Under the pieces are notes generated by a model, which saw nothing but the letters and a program-made list of their open reading frames with translations, did not search any database and had not been told where the DNA came from. From positions 9,238,001 to 9,302,000 of the forward strand of contig JBNRSN020000010.1 in the NCBI GenBank assembly GCA_051313645.2: a stretch of 64,000 nt of DNA. Direction: 5' to 3'. Of the stretch, positions 24,070 through 36,527 are shown piece by piece. The stretch is from Centroscyllium fabricii. Its lineage: Eukaryota. Position numbers and translations under genes: made by a program. Numbering within the stretch: the stretch's first letter is position 1; every line of letters begins with the position of its first letter.

Positions 24070-25613
24070 TATGTTTCCATTTGCGGTGAGGCCAAAACTA
24101 GGGCTGAAAAACATAAGATGGTCAGCAAAATATCTAATAATGAGTTCAGGAGCAACTTATACCTCCTTAGGCTGGCTAGAATGTGGAATGGGCTACGACA
24201 GCGTAGATTTCAGGGAAGCAAAACAGATGCATTTCAGAGGAAGCTGGATAATCACGTGTGGGAGAATGGAAAAGAAGGAATGGATGGTTTTGCTGATTGG
24301 TTTAGATGAAGAGGGATGGGGGAAGCTCGTGCGGAGCATAAGTATTGGTATGGACAAGTTTGCTCTAGTAAATTCTATGCCATTCCATGTAATAATGGAA
24401 ATAAATGCATTAAAAAGTCGTCGATGGACGGGTATAGATTTGGCCTGCCCCACAAACTGCGAACGTAACATCCCTGCCAATAAAGCAATGCTACCACTTT
24501 TATTATCTAATAAGTTAAGTTTAGTCACGTCACATTTGAGGGTTGAGTGAGCAACGTCAGGTGGAAGTATAGGTGAATGTGAACTATAAAGTGTTAGTGA
24601 AGCTTGGCGCGGCAGAATTAACATAAAACTAATTATGTCCAAGACTGGATTAAGCACAGTACGTTACGGGAAAGATGGACATCAAAATGTGAATGAAGAT
24701 GGCGTTGCAAACACGGCGTTGATTGGCCGGGAGCTGCAAATGCCAAATGGATTGACGAAGATCCTTAGAAATGTGCCGGAGCGTGAAAAGGGTGTCCGAG
24801 TAGTCATGGATTCGGTAAAGCCCTAAATCTATCTCTGATTGCAAAATATGCTACTCTCTGTAATTTGTTTCTGGCACTAAGCAACAGTGAGGAATCTTAA
24901 TAAGTTCCAGACATGGAAATTTGCCGGAAATATGGTTCATACCGATAAAATTAATTATTTATTTAGCACAGTGTATCCGAAGTGTATTTTATTGATCGTC
25001 TTCAGGTTACAGGATTCAAAGTAATGCCCTGCCCCTCACTTCTTGCAACCGCGTTACATTATGTGAAACTCTGCTGTTGCCAGGATTGGCATTATTTGTT
25101 GTAATTGCGTTTCAAATCATATATTTCAAATAAGGATTTTGATTCCTATATAATGGCGATATAAATTGCTTGACCAATTATTTGCCATCTGAAAATTTCA
25201 GAAACATTCTGCTTGAAGACTGCTTAATCACAAAATAATACTGTGCAGTAAAATTAAAATATCTAATGTCAAAATGATTGCTAATTCTTCCTTTCAAAGC
25301 AGACACAAATTTTAAGTGTCACTGAGGTAACTTCATTTAAATTGCATATTTCAGAACCACTCCCGGTTAGTTCAGAATTGATTTCAATTATTCATTTAAT
25401 TCAGCCATTCAATATCTACAGAAAAACGTTAATTATAATTATAGGGTCTCCCACGGAAAATCAGGAGCAATCGAATATCCCTTAAAATGCAACGCTGCTG
25501 TCATAGGAGTATTTGTATTCCCCAAAATGGCGGACAGCAGTGTCCTCCGCAGCTTCACGTCCAACCTCCGGAAAGAATACGAACTTGCCTTGTGTGAGGC
25601 CTCACACGTAATT

Positions 25614-26379
25614 CGGCCTAGAAATTGCAGTGGAGCCTTCGTGCGGATCCAGGACCTACTAGTTGCACTTGCACTGCCCATAATCAGGTTTGCTTTTTTG
25701 CTCTCAGAAATTGCAGTTAGCCCAGCTTGTCAGAGCTCCGTGCGAGCTTCATGGGTATCTGAAGGGGGTAATTAGTGCGAGATGGCTTTTGAGACCACCT
25801 GATTGGCAGGGAACAAATCAGTGGAACCAATTCTCCGTTCAAAACTTCCACTGAGAAATCTGTGCAAGTTCTGAAAGGAGAGATTGGCCAAAAGACAGCT
25901 AAGGACAGAAATAAAATTTTAGAAACACCACATTTTTTTAACATTACCCCAACTAACACAAATAACCTATTCTAAAGAAAAAAATAAAATTTACAGAAAC
26001 ATTGTTCAACTTCCAACAGGTCTAAAAAAATACTTACCTGTCTTTAAAGTTATCAACAATTAAAATCCTGAAAAAAACAATTAAAATCAATACAATACAC
26101 ATTTACCAGAAAAAAACGGATATTTACGACTGCTTTTTCCCAGCGTAGAATATCCTGGTCTTGTTCGTAGAAAAAGTGAAAAAGAAATCCGGATTACTGG
26201 ATGCAACCCCTAGTTCGCTGCTTCCTGCGCTGCCCTCGCAGGAAAACCACCCCCCCCCCCACCCTGGCCGGCATTGGCAAACCCGAAGCAACACAACTGG
26301 CTGCTTGCTGCGGGTTTATGCCCTGGTGCGCTCGCACTGGAGCTTAAACCCAATATGGGCAGACTGCAATTTCAGGCCC
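25614..26379 (-). mobile_element. Harbinger-like MITE family A, inverted relative to 6736-7495
   Basis: TIRs ggcctagaaattgcagt / actgcaatttcaggccc; internal sequence is the reverse complement of 6736-7495. Confidence 0.8.
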
Positions 26380-27098
26380 AATATCTGTTCAGCATGGCAA
26401 AGTTGTTCACAGCGTACCGCCTGTGCATAAGGGAAGACACGCCCTCAAACATTGTCAATTCCAAGCAACGCACATATAAGCTTATTGCAGTCTCCTCCAA
26501 TTAAATTACATTTTAAAAACTTTTATTTAAACTGGTTATTGGACTTATTTGATATATCTCCATTTTTGTAAGGTTATGCAAAAAAATACCGACAATATTT
26601 TGGCATGTTTTACACTTGAATGATAGAAGAGCTAATTTGAGCTCAATGGAAAGTTTCTCGTCCTTTTCCATCAGAGGGTAATAATGAGTTAATGTTTTAC
26701 TACATCGAAACAAATACTTTAGCTGTTCAAATTTTATTTAGATTAAAACAAGTTCTATCAAGAGGAATAGTTCTTAAACCTTACGTTATTTATATTTCAT
26801 AATAAGAATCTTGTTCCATTGCTTATTTGGTCTAAGGTGCATTGAAGAGTGTTGCAGAGTGTTTTGCTAGACCAAAGATTTGGCGATGCTGTACTTCAAA
26901 AATCCTCGCTTTCAAAATAAGGCTGCCTTCTATGTAGTTTATTTAAATAAGGTAAGTATTATTTTTAATTCTTTAAGGCTTGCATTTAATCTCCTGACAA
27001 AGACCAATTAGTGATTTTTTAAACAGTAACAATAAGACTAAGCAGCGCTGAATGCTCCTTTTGATTTTCTATACACGATGCACCTAGCACACCAGCAG

Positions 27099-28098
27099 TG
27101 TCACAGTTGGCATAACCCTTTAAGGTATCCATCTTGGAATTCTAGGTTTTGTTTCTATGTTTTTGTTCATTTAACTGTTTCACATACCTGTGTGTTTCTG
27201 GTTCTCAACACCTGCAGCTTATTGGCTAGCAGTAATGATCTGGGTTGCCTGTTTGGCTTATAAGCTGAGTGCTTTGACCAGGCAGGTGCCGGATCATTAG
27301 ATTTAGATTGGATTTCCTTACTACTCTTTGACTACGAACTACTGGAAGGAGTGGTTGCTGTTCTGAGCTGCTGGAGAGGCAATGGGTTTGGGCCTTCCCC
27401 TGCCCTGTGGATGACGTATTCTCTTCTGGAAACTCGGGTAGAGTAAGTCTTGCTGTGGAGCAGACTTCGGAGAACTACAGTTGTCGACATACTGGACATT
27501 GCGTTCTGCCACCTGAAGCTCAGGTTTGGACATTCCATCTGTTAAGTAAGGGCGTTCCACTGCTAGTAGATCAGGTATTCTCTTCCTCAGAAGACTCCGT
27601 TGGAGTGAGTCTCGACCGTAGGGCGGACTCGGAAGAGATCCAGAATCTACGCCTTGGACATTGGTCGTTATCACCCGAACTGAGGTTTGGACGTTTCAGT
27701 AGGGTATGTGAGGAGTCTCAATGTTTGAGGATGGATTTTCTCCTTCTGAAGACTCTGAAGAGATGGGTTCCAGCTGTAGGGCGGACTCTGGGAGAGTTCC
27801 ATTACTCATCCAAGAAATTGCTCGCACCCACCTGAATTTAGGATTGGACATGTATTTCACTACACTGTGATGCGCTTGGCTGCGTGGCATTCCCCACAAC
27901 TTTGGGAAGTTTAGTACCAGTTCTTAAAGGAACTTGTCTTCTGTTTATAACTTTGTATGTCATTTAATTATGTTTTATAACTGGTTGAATGTATGCATGT
28001 ATGTAGTTTATTACTGATTTGTAATATAAAAGTATCTAAGACCTAGACTGCCTTTTCAGTGTCTTTGCATTTGGGCCCCACCACCTCACTCCGTTACA
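27099..28098 (+). mobile_element. Solo LTR, 1000 bp
   Basis: TGTCAC...GTTACA termini with exact 5-bp TSD AGCAG (27094-27098, 28099-28103); TATA-like ttataag at 27258; aatataaa at 28023. Confidence 0.8.
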
Positions 28099-28364
28099 AG
28101 CAGTGGGTAACTTACCCAGTATTATATAAAATAATTCTATAGCAAAATCGTGTAATTTTATACTTTTGGAGGAAGTATTAATGAGTTGCTCTGAATGCAC
28201 ATTGCGTGATCATACAATTGGAATGCAGATAACAATTAATAACTTTAATATTAATTGTCATATTTAATATTATTACTGTTTCTAAATGCTGCCACTAGTG
28301 TCAAGTATTTTATTGTGAAGTGATGCCAGAACTGTTGTGCATCCTTTCAGACGCACTGAGGAAT

Positions 28365-29834
28365 TGATGGAGACAAAACACAGAGCCTATCCTTGAAGGG
28401 ATAATTACTAGTCCTAGCCCGTTTCAGGCTACCCCAGACCAGGTGTGTTCCCCAGACGTTCACCTTCAAATAAAGTTAGAGATAGCCGAACTCTATAGGA
28501 TGATTAATTGGGCCTAAAGTTTCAGACTATCACTACCTAAAGCAAAGAAATGACATGAAGATGTTGCCATCTTCTTGATATCACTTTTAAAAAGTTTAGC
28601 TGGACTGTAACCTTCCAGATATTATGAGGGTCCGGAATACAACCCAAAATTCTGCAACTCCTTACATAAGAGTTTGCAGAAATTGAGTTTCCGAGTTTGA
28701 CACATAAATAATAATTGCGACAATTATAAAAATATATTGATTTATTTAAAATCGGACATACAATTACCAGCGTTTGAGTCAAACAAAACATTAGCAGTTC
28801 GAAAACAAATAGCTTACATTGCTTATCCTCAGAGATCGTTATTCACAAATCTTAACTGCGTACAGTTTTACATTTAATATTCTTAATTATAAACAAGGAT
28901 GTCCACCAAAATCAAATACTTTGATTAACCAAAATTCAGTGTTGTAGGATTACAGAGTCGTTCTGAAGCCGAAAATCACCTGCCCCTTTCCAAATACTTC
29001 TGACTGTCTATCTGAAAAAGCTCCATTTGATAAGTGCTTTTGTGGTTTATCCATTAAGGTTCTCTTCCGATGTAAGCTAATTATCACTAGTCTTCTCTCT
29101 GTAGACGTTTTTCGATTCTTACTGTCAATTTAGCTGCTGCATGCATACTTAATTCTCTACCTTTAAGTGTTGCAAAAACGTATCAAAAGAAAAGGCTTGA
29201 AGAGATTTATCTCTGATGTCATTCTTGTCAAAGGACTTGCATTGAGTTCTTAACATTGGCTGAATTGGTTATTAGCCAACCTTGTTTCTCCGTGATATTC
29301 TAAGTGAAAGACAAAGTCCATGTGATTGTCTGGTGTCATCTATTGAAGTCATTTCTTCAAAGTTTTGTGTTGATATCATATTTACTACATGCAAATTTAA
29401 CAAACTTCCACTAGGGTGTTTACTTGCTTCCTAGCTGTCCCAATGTTTGAATTGGAAATTACGTCTCCTGTTTTCCAAGTTTAACATAAAAACTATTTGA
29501 CCAGCAGTTGTTTATTTTACTTGATATTATCTTTTCAAAGGCACATGCCTCTTTTAATTCATCTGTGTTCCTGCTCAACGTGTTAGTTTTTAACACTTTA
29601 CTTAGATCATTCCATTGTGTTTTTCCCAAACTCCAGACCTTCTGGAAGCGCCAAACTGCTATTTCAACAGTGTTATTGTTTTAGTATTAACAATGAAATC
29701 CCATTTCAAAACTTGTGATGTTTAAAATGTTTGTGTTACCGAAACATACCATTTCATGAGCTTATATTGACACAGCTTGTGTCGCTGGGACATTCCAGAT
29801 TTTTAAACCCAGTAGGTCATCTTTAATAATATCA
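28365..29834 (-). mobile_element. Long solo LTR (~1.47 kb)
   Basis: TGAT...ATCA termini with 4-bp TSD GAAT (28361-28364, 29835-29838); no ORF; orientation tentative. Confidence 0.6.
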
Positions 29835-30687
29835 GAATTCTGCTTATATGGTGTATTTTTCTGAGATATGGATTGTTCCTTCACATCCTCAATTATTCAA
29901 CAATCCCTTTAATTCTAAGGATAATTTAAGTATCATGTGTTCGTTACAAGTAGTTTGTTACTGTGAGTGGTTTCCTGATAATAGTATGATTTCAATGTTA
30001 TTGAAACTCATGGCAGAATTTGAATATTGTGCACGGTTTCGGGTAAACGTTGTATTGCTTACAACTATATCCGCTGATTGCAATGAAAGTTCAATACAAG
30101 TGGATTATTTACTCAGTGAAACAGGCACCTCCAACTGCGTTCACAAACTGTAAACCTTTCATAGGTAATTGGTGGGCAGTTAGTGGGCAATTAGTTCAAC
30201 TTTGTGCAACGAATTAGTATTTCCCAGTCGGAGCAGATCGTCTATCAAGGCATATCTTGACAGATCGGAAGTACCAGATTTAACGCATCTGCAAGTGCAT
30301 GCAGACATACAGAACGTTTGGACATTTTCAAAGACGGTATGACGGTGTACTCTCAGAGTACGCCATCTTACCCACCGCAAGATTTGCCCCAGCATATCGG
30401 AAGATGCAGCTTCTGGAGCGAAGCACGTCCAGCTGGTGGCAGAAGTGAGCAGCTTCTGCTGTTAATTTATTACGATTCGCATTAGAAGAGGACAACCATA
30501 ACGAATCAAATCCAGAAGCAGGACTAAATGGAGATGTCCGACCAAATATATTACAGATTGTGCAGTGCTATATGGAATAGACACTTGTTGAAGAAACAGA
30601 ACAACACCCAGTTTACAGTCATCCCCACCGCAGCTCGCATTTCTCTCTGATAAATATGTCGTCCACACTTTATATTCCGTTGTTTAG

Positions 30688-30801
30688 GAAAAGTGCAGAA
30701 ATGTACCAGGTTACAGTAACCTGACAAAGCAAAACGGTGAAAACAGCAGACGATCTCAAAATGTAAACTGAATAATGAGGTTGGCAGACGACAACATGAA
30801 G
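30688..30801 (+). other. Putative 5'UTR exon of the NLR gene
   Basis: Acceptor gttgtttag, donor aag|gtaaag, 97-bp intron to the next exon; stops in all three frames. Confidence 0.35.
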
Positions 30802-30918
30802 GTAAAGTGTCAGCAGTTTTTAGAATTGTTTTAGATTATTAGGACTGTCAGTGAATACTTGAAAAACAAGAGTTCAAAATATGTTCTTTAATTTACAGCG
30901 ATTGACAATACTGCAAGA

Positions 30919-31024
30919 ATGGACGAACAATTCAAGCCTTACCACAAAGTGTTAAAGTTTGCAATACTGATGGCAACAATAGTTGGTATTGGAATCTGCT
31001 GTTGGAATAAACGGAAAAATCACG
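30919..31024 (+). CDS. NLR predicted first coding exon: membrane signal-anchor MDEQFKPYHKVLKFAILMATIVGIGICCWNKRKNH
   Basis: Acceptor tttaatttacag at 30898, Kozak-like agaATGg, donor cacg|gtaaga in phase 1 matching the phase-1 acceptor at 32453. Contains a 16-aa apolar run followed by NKRK. Confidence 0.6.
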
Positions 31025-31645
31025 GTAAGATTGCACCGCTGACAGCAATGATGTAGGAAATACAAATAACGAAATGACCATATTAATTATAGTGGAGCAA
31101 AAAGTATATGCCAGGCATGTTTATTTTCGATTGATATCACAAGACATTTTCTAAAAACGTTTTCCTTATTACTCGGTGTAATGATATCCATAACGTTTAG
31201 TGTGAGTACAATTGAGTTCAATCTATTTTCATTTCTAGGTTCTCGTATGTAAATCTAGCTTTTCAAGATAGAAAGGAGCAACTTGCGTTTAGTGTTTCAT
31301 TATTTTGATCTCTGTACATTATGTATTAGCTATTTATGCAAACGTGTGAAAATCACGACTGTGTCTAATTGCCCAACACATCTGGTGATAACAAAGCATT
31401 TAATCTCACCTGGAGTCCCGGATCACAATCCGGAACAGTAATATATTAATTTTCTGCATATACACTTCAATATGAATGTGTTGTGCTACCTTATCCACGC
31501 TATAGTGAACTTTATACGCCCTTCCTCAAACGACCTTTGGACATAGGCCGTTATAAACCTCAACATGTCCAGAGCTCTGAGACATTCATTCGATTTCATT
31601 CAAAATTGCAAGTATTCGTTATGAGCTTCCTCACTGACCTACATT

Positions 31646-32030
31646 CATAGAAACATAGAAGATAGGAGCAGGAGTAGGCCATTCGGCCCTTCGAGCCTGC
31701 TCCGCCATTCCATGAGATCATTGCTGATCATCCAAACCCAGCACCCTGTCCCTGCCCTCTCCCCATATCGCTCGATGCCTACACCGACACATATCCCACG
31801 TATCCCCGTAACCCACATATTCAATCCCCCTAACACTAAGGGTCAATTTATCCTGGCCAATGAACATAACCCGCACATCTTTGGACTGTGGGAGGAACCG
31901 GAGCACCCGAAACTCACGCAGACACAGGGAGAATGTGCAAACTCCACACAGGTAGTACCCGAAGGTGGATTTGAACCCGGGTCTCCAGTGCAGTGAGGCA
32001 ACAGTGCTAACCACTATGCCACCGAGCCGC
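31646..32030 (-). mobile_element. HE1-type tRNA SINE
   Basis: - strand head with A/B boxes (tggttagcactg..ccgggttcaaatcc), central core and CR1-derived tail. Confidence 0.9.
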
Positions 32031-32452
32031 TACTTAACCATTTCTGATCATTTGGGCAATCCTCCTACTCATCTACAAATCCATCTGCGGTGCTCAACCA
32101 TGTGCCGCTTGCTTTGGACACCGTTTTATCGCTTCCTCTGGTCCAGACCGCAGGCAAAGTCTTGAACGTCACTGGCGGGAATTCCGTTACGAATGGCCTT
32201 CCTCTCTGTACCTCATAAGGCTTTCAATAACATTAAAACGTTGAAAGGACTGGGCCCCTTTTCGTAACTCTACCACAACGAACCAGAGACAATTCGTAAT
32301 TACTCCGCTACGAGGCGCCACTGTCCATGACACTGCTTGAAATGCTCTAATGATAAGCTCTTTTCGGTAAAAGTTAGTTCTATTAAATCTTTGCTTCATA
32401 GCGGGCATTGTAAGTTAATCTGTTCTCATTTAACTATTGACCAACGATTCAG

Positions 32453-32598
32453 ATTCTAAATTCTTACTTACGTTGGCGAAATGCACGGATATCCAGCTGC
32501 GTCGCATCATCGTGCACAACCGGCAGAGTATAGAGCAGTCAATCAAAGAAGTAATGGTGGACATTCGTCAATCTCTCTTAGATGAAACAGATCATAAG
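32453..32598 (+). CDS. NLR exon: N-terminal death-fold/CARD-like domain, part 1
   Basis: ttcag|AT..AAG|gtatgc. DSKFLLTLAKCTDIQLRRIIVHNRQSIEQSIKEVMVDIRQSLLDETDHK resembles the recalled chondrichthyan NLR N-domain (..CDD.QL.QLT..YR.RLEQAIEE..). Confidence 0.8.
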
Positions 32599-32809
32599 GT
32601 ATGCTTCATATATGTTGGAATTGTATTTTGTTAAATGGATAATATACCTGACTGTTTAGACAGACTTTGTTCCGTGTAACTAACGATATAAGCAGTACTT
32701 TATTTTGTACGTTTTTAACATCAGTAGCCACCCTGAATTTGTTGTGCGGTGCAATTGTGTCCAACATTTGAAGTGCTCTTCAGCGATATCACCCTGTTAA
32801 ATTATTGAC

Positions 32810-33560
32810 ACAAAAATTAGTGAGACCGCGGGAGGTTTTTGAGACTGGTACTCATGCAGACGAGCTCCGAATTACAGGTAGCAACAGTTTCCCACTGCTA
32901 CCTGTAATTCTGATGACGGCAAGCAGGGCATCGCGAGTTGCAGCCGGCTGGATCGCGTTCGCCTGCGAACCAGGTGGTGCGCAGTGGATTTCCCATTTTT
33001 TTCTGAGTTTTTTTATCGGGGTAAGTATTGAAAATTTTACGCTGAAAAATATCAGCCATAACCATCCGCTTTTAGCAGGTAAGTCTTTATTTTATGGAAT
33101 TTAAGAATTTTTCTAAAAGGTTTTTAATTTTTTTAAACTTTAAAGACTAAGTATTCTTTTATGCCAGTTTAAAACTTTGCTTTTTAAAAAAAAAAAAATA
33201 TTTTTTCTTTAAAATAGGTAACTTATGTTAGTTAGAGTATTGTTAAAAAATGTTTTTTTATTTTTGTGTTTAGATGTATTTTTGAAGCTCTTCCTTTTGA
33301 TAACTTACACAGATTTCTCCGTGTAAGTTATGAATTGAGGATTACTTCCATTCATTGGATCCCCGAAGATCACGTGGTCCCGCGCGATATCTCCCACTAA
33401 CGGCATCGTTCAGTTGCACCAGCAGGGAGCCTGGAGCTTGCAGCAGCTGTACAGCTCTTGATTTCACATCATACAATTGCAGAACGGCAGGAGCGCATGG
33501 CAAGTGTATTCTGGAGGCATACACTCGCAGAAAGGCTCCTAGGCTATTATGTCTGGATTT
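32810..33560 (+). mobile_element. Old Harbinger-like MITE (family A relative), intronic
   Basis: Shares ggggtaagta..tacgctgaaaaa..agcaggtaagtc..cagatttctc with 6736-7495. Confidence 0.6.
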
Positions 33561-33639
33561 TCAATGAATTAATTCGTATAAAGATAAAATAATTTCCTGG
33601 AGTAGCCGTGATTTATTAGTAACTGGCTCCTAGGCACAA

Positions 33640-33895
33640 TAATTGTCAACTGCTGCATCAAAGAGCTTCATTCAAACATTCATCATGGCGCTGCTCGCTG
33701 ATGATTGCACAGTGTTCACTTCCATTCGCAATTCCTCAGAATATGAGGCTGTCCATGGCCGCGTGAAACAAGAACTGGACAACATCCAGGTTTGGTCCGA
33801 AAACTGGCAGTTAACATTTATGCCTGAAATTTCCCAGGTACTGGCTTCATGAAACTAGAGACATTCTAACCAATTGCCGTTGACATTCAAAGTCA
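33640..33895 (+). mobile_element. LINE RT fragment
   Basis: LLADDCTVF..QELDNIQVWSENWQLTF (FADD region). Confidence 0.6.
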
Positions 33896-33896
33896 T

Positions 33897-34210
33897 TCAT
33901 AGAATCATAGAATCCGTACAGTGCAGATAGAGGCCATTTCGGCCCATCCAGCCTGCACCGACACATATCCACCCCTATCCCCATCACGCCACATACTTAA
34001 TCCCCCTGACACTAAGTGTCAATTTATTCTGGCCAATCAACCTAACCCGCACATATTTGGACTGCGGGAGGAAACTGGAGCAACCGGAGGAAACCCACGC
34101 TGACACGGAGAGCATGTGCAAACACCACACAGATAGTCACCCGAGGCCGGATTTGAACCCGGGCTCCTGGCACTGTGAGGCAACAGTGCTAACCACTGTG
34201 CCACCGTGCC
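33897..34210 (-). mobile_element. HE1-type SINE
   Basis: ggcacggtggcacagtggttagcactgttgcctcacag on the - strand; (ctatgatt) tail. Confidence 0.9.
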
Positions 34211-34849
34211 ATCATCATTTTGCCGTCGTGATCGTCCTTTGGCTTATCATTAAAACTAGCTCTGAGAATTTAATGTCAAACTTATTGCTGTTAGGTTTAT
34301 TCAAGTAGTCGATAACCCTTGAAAGGATTATTCAAATAAGACACATTGTGCATCACAAGCATTCCACATTCTCATTACAGTCCAGTTGGCAATCTGGAGC
34401 TGGATCAAAACTGTAACAACCACATCATTCAATCTCATGTGAATAAGTTATCTGGCATATATAAACAGAACAGTAGGAATTTCCCTACGATCACATCGAG
34501 ATTTTCCGCATGTCCTCCATCAATACGGCCGTCTGTTACCAAACAACCATCCAATTGGATTCAGTGACTATCGTTGGCACGGATCTCAACAATTACTACT
34601 GAACTCATCCAGGTCGTTTCTTCCATTCTACTTCTTCCTAGGTCCCGAATCTACTTCAGCCCAATACTCAGGGACATCAAAAAACACACACCCTCTCACG
34701 ACAAGAATGCCATATTTTACCATTTCTTAAAGAAACTGCTAGAATAAACTATAATGTTTAACTGCTCGCTTTCTTCAATACCGGTTCACTTATGTAACAC
34801 AAATGTGAATAAACAAATACTATGAATAAAGTTGTTTTCTTAAAGGTAC

Positions 34850-35860
34850 TAAAATGAAAACAGCAAATGCTGGAAATAGCCAGGAGGTCGGATAGCATCT
34901 GCGGCGAGAGAAAAATGTTAAAGTTCAATTTCGATGAACATTCGTCATTATGGAAAAAAACTGGAGATGGAACATGATTTAAACAATTGCATGGGCAGGG
35001 AAAGGGGGAGTGGAGGAAAGTATAATAGGGAAGGTCTGTGATAGGATGGAAGACAGGAGAGATGAAGAGAAAAAGGGGATGATGCTGCAAAGCAAGAGGA
35101 GATGGTAATGGGACAAGTTAAGAAATAACAGATGGCTCCAGATGAAGTTGAGACGGCGAATTACTCGTACCTCTTGCAATATAGTATACTGTATTCGGTG
35201 CTCACGATGCAGTCTCCTCTACGTTGGAGAGAAAACGCAGATTGGATGACCGCTGTGCGGAGCACCTCTCTTCAGACTATAAGGGTGACACGGAGCTTCT
35301 GCTCACCTCTCATGTTAATTCTACGCTTGACTCACACTCTGGCCTCTCCGTCCTCGGCCTCTTACACTGTTCCAATGAAGGTCGAGGAACAGCACCTCAT
35401 TTTTCACTTAGGCACTTTACAGCCTTTTGGACTCAACATAGAGTTCAAAAGTTCAGACAATATCGTCTGCCTCTATTTGTTCCAATTATTTTTCTCTCTC
35501 TCACATGGCAGCTTTCTTTCACTCTGCCAGTGCCATTTACATTTCGTCTAGAAACAGCTTTTGTTTCATAACTTGTCCCATTATCATCTCATTTTGCCTT
35601 GCGCCATTAACCTTTTTGTCCCTCAATCTCTCCTGCCTTCCATCCGATCAAAAACCTTCCCTTTTGTTCTTTCCTCCACTACCAGCTTTTCCTGCTCACG
35701 CACTTGCTTTAAAACCCGTTCCATCTGCAGCTTTATCCAGTTCTGACGACGGGTCATCGACCTGAAACCTTAGCTCTCTTTCTCTCTCCACGGATGTTAC
35801 GTCACATGCTGAGTATTGCCAGCATTTTCAATTTTTATTTCAGATTTCCCGCTTTAACAG
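34850..35860. mobile_element. Second Penelope family remnant with inverted arm
   Basis: YCIRCSRCSLLYVGERKRRLDDRCAEHL..EEQHLIFHLGTLQPFGLNIEF (GIY-YIG). 34850-35140 is an approximate inverted copy of 35560-35860. Confidence 0.8.
35739..35776 (+). ncRNA. Hammerhead-like motif of the second Penelope family
   Basis: agtt-CTGACGA-c-gggtc-atc-gacct-GAAA-ccttagct. Confidence 0.5.
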
Positions 35861-36259
35861 TATGTTAATTTTGTTTTCTTCAAAGTTCAGTTTGTCTGCG
35901 GTTATGATATAATGGTGTGATGTACTTGCCTTATATAAGGCCAGGAGTGGAAGCTAAAGTACCCTCTTACAAAAAAATCGTGGCAACATAAGCTGTATGC
36001 GAATAGTGAAAGTCATTCATAACAGATTCAGTTACAGTACTGAAACTCAGCATTAATATAAGGAATTATTCAAAATACACATCTATAAGTTTGGGGTTAC
36101 AACATATTAATGGAACTGTTTTTCTATAAGGCGTTTCTTGACATACACCAAATAGCAGAAAAGCGACAGCGGAAGAGTTATACAGACAAATTGGAGAAAA
36201 GCTCAAAATTAACATAAATGGGGAATTGAGGCTATGGTGCCTGCAGCGTTCCAGGACAT

Positions 36260-36527
36260 GATGTGAAGGTGCCGGTCTTGGACTGGGGTGGACAAATGCA
36301 AGAAGTTACACAACACCAGGTTATAATCCAACAGTTTTATTTTAAATCACAAGCTTTCAGAGCGCTGCTCCTTCGTCAGGTGGAAGAGAAGTTGAGCCAA
36401 AGTTGCATATGTGTTTTCTTTGGATCAACTTCTCTTCCACCTGATGAAGGACCAGCGCTCCGAAAGCTTGCGATTTAAAATAAAACTGTTGGACTGTAAC
36501 CTGATGTTGTGTGAATTCTTGCATTTA
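36260..36527. mobile_element. Palindromic Penelope-derived mini-element with two hammerhead motifs
   Basis: 10-bp TSD TCCAGGACAT (36250-36259, 36528-36537); inverted arms; hammerhead on - at 36347-36383 and on + at 36437-36473. Confidence 0.85.

Noticed and set aside
24071-24657. Overlapping 159-aa and 154-aa ORFs
   Set aside because: They span a decayed CR1 3' fragment and have no domain signature.
30200-30485. Open frame (..ACRHTERLDIFKDGMTVYSQ..HIGRCSFW..SEQLLLLI) faintly resembling an Ig domain upstream of the TM exon
   Set aside because: Cys spacing is only ~35, the core Trp and YxC motif are missing, there is an in-frame stop upstream and no convincing donor.
32176-32188. NF-kB-like GGGAATTCC in an NLR intron
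   Set aside because: A single imperfect short motif, expected by chance in 64 kb.
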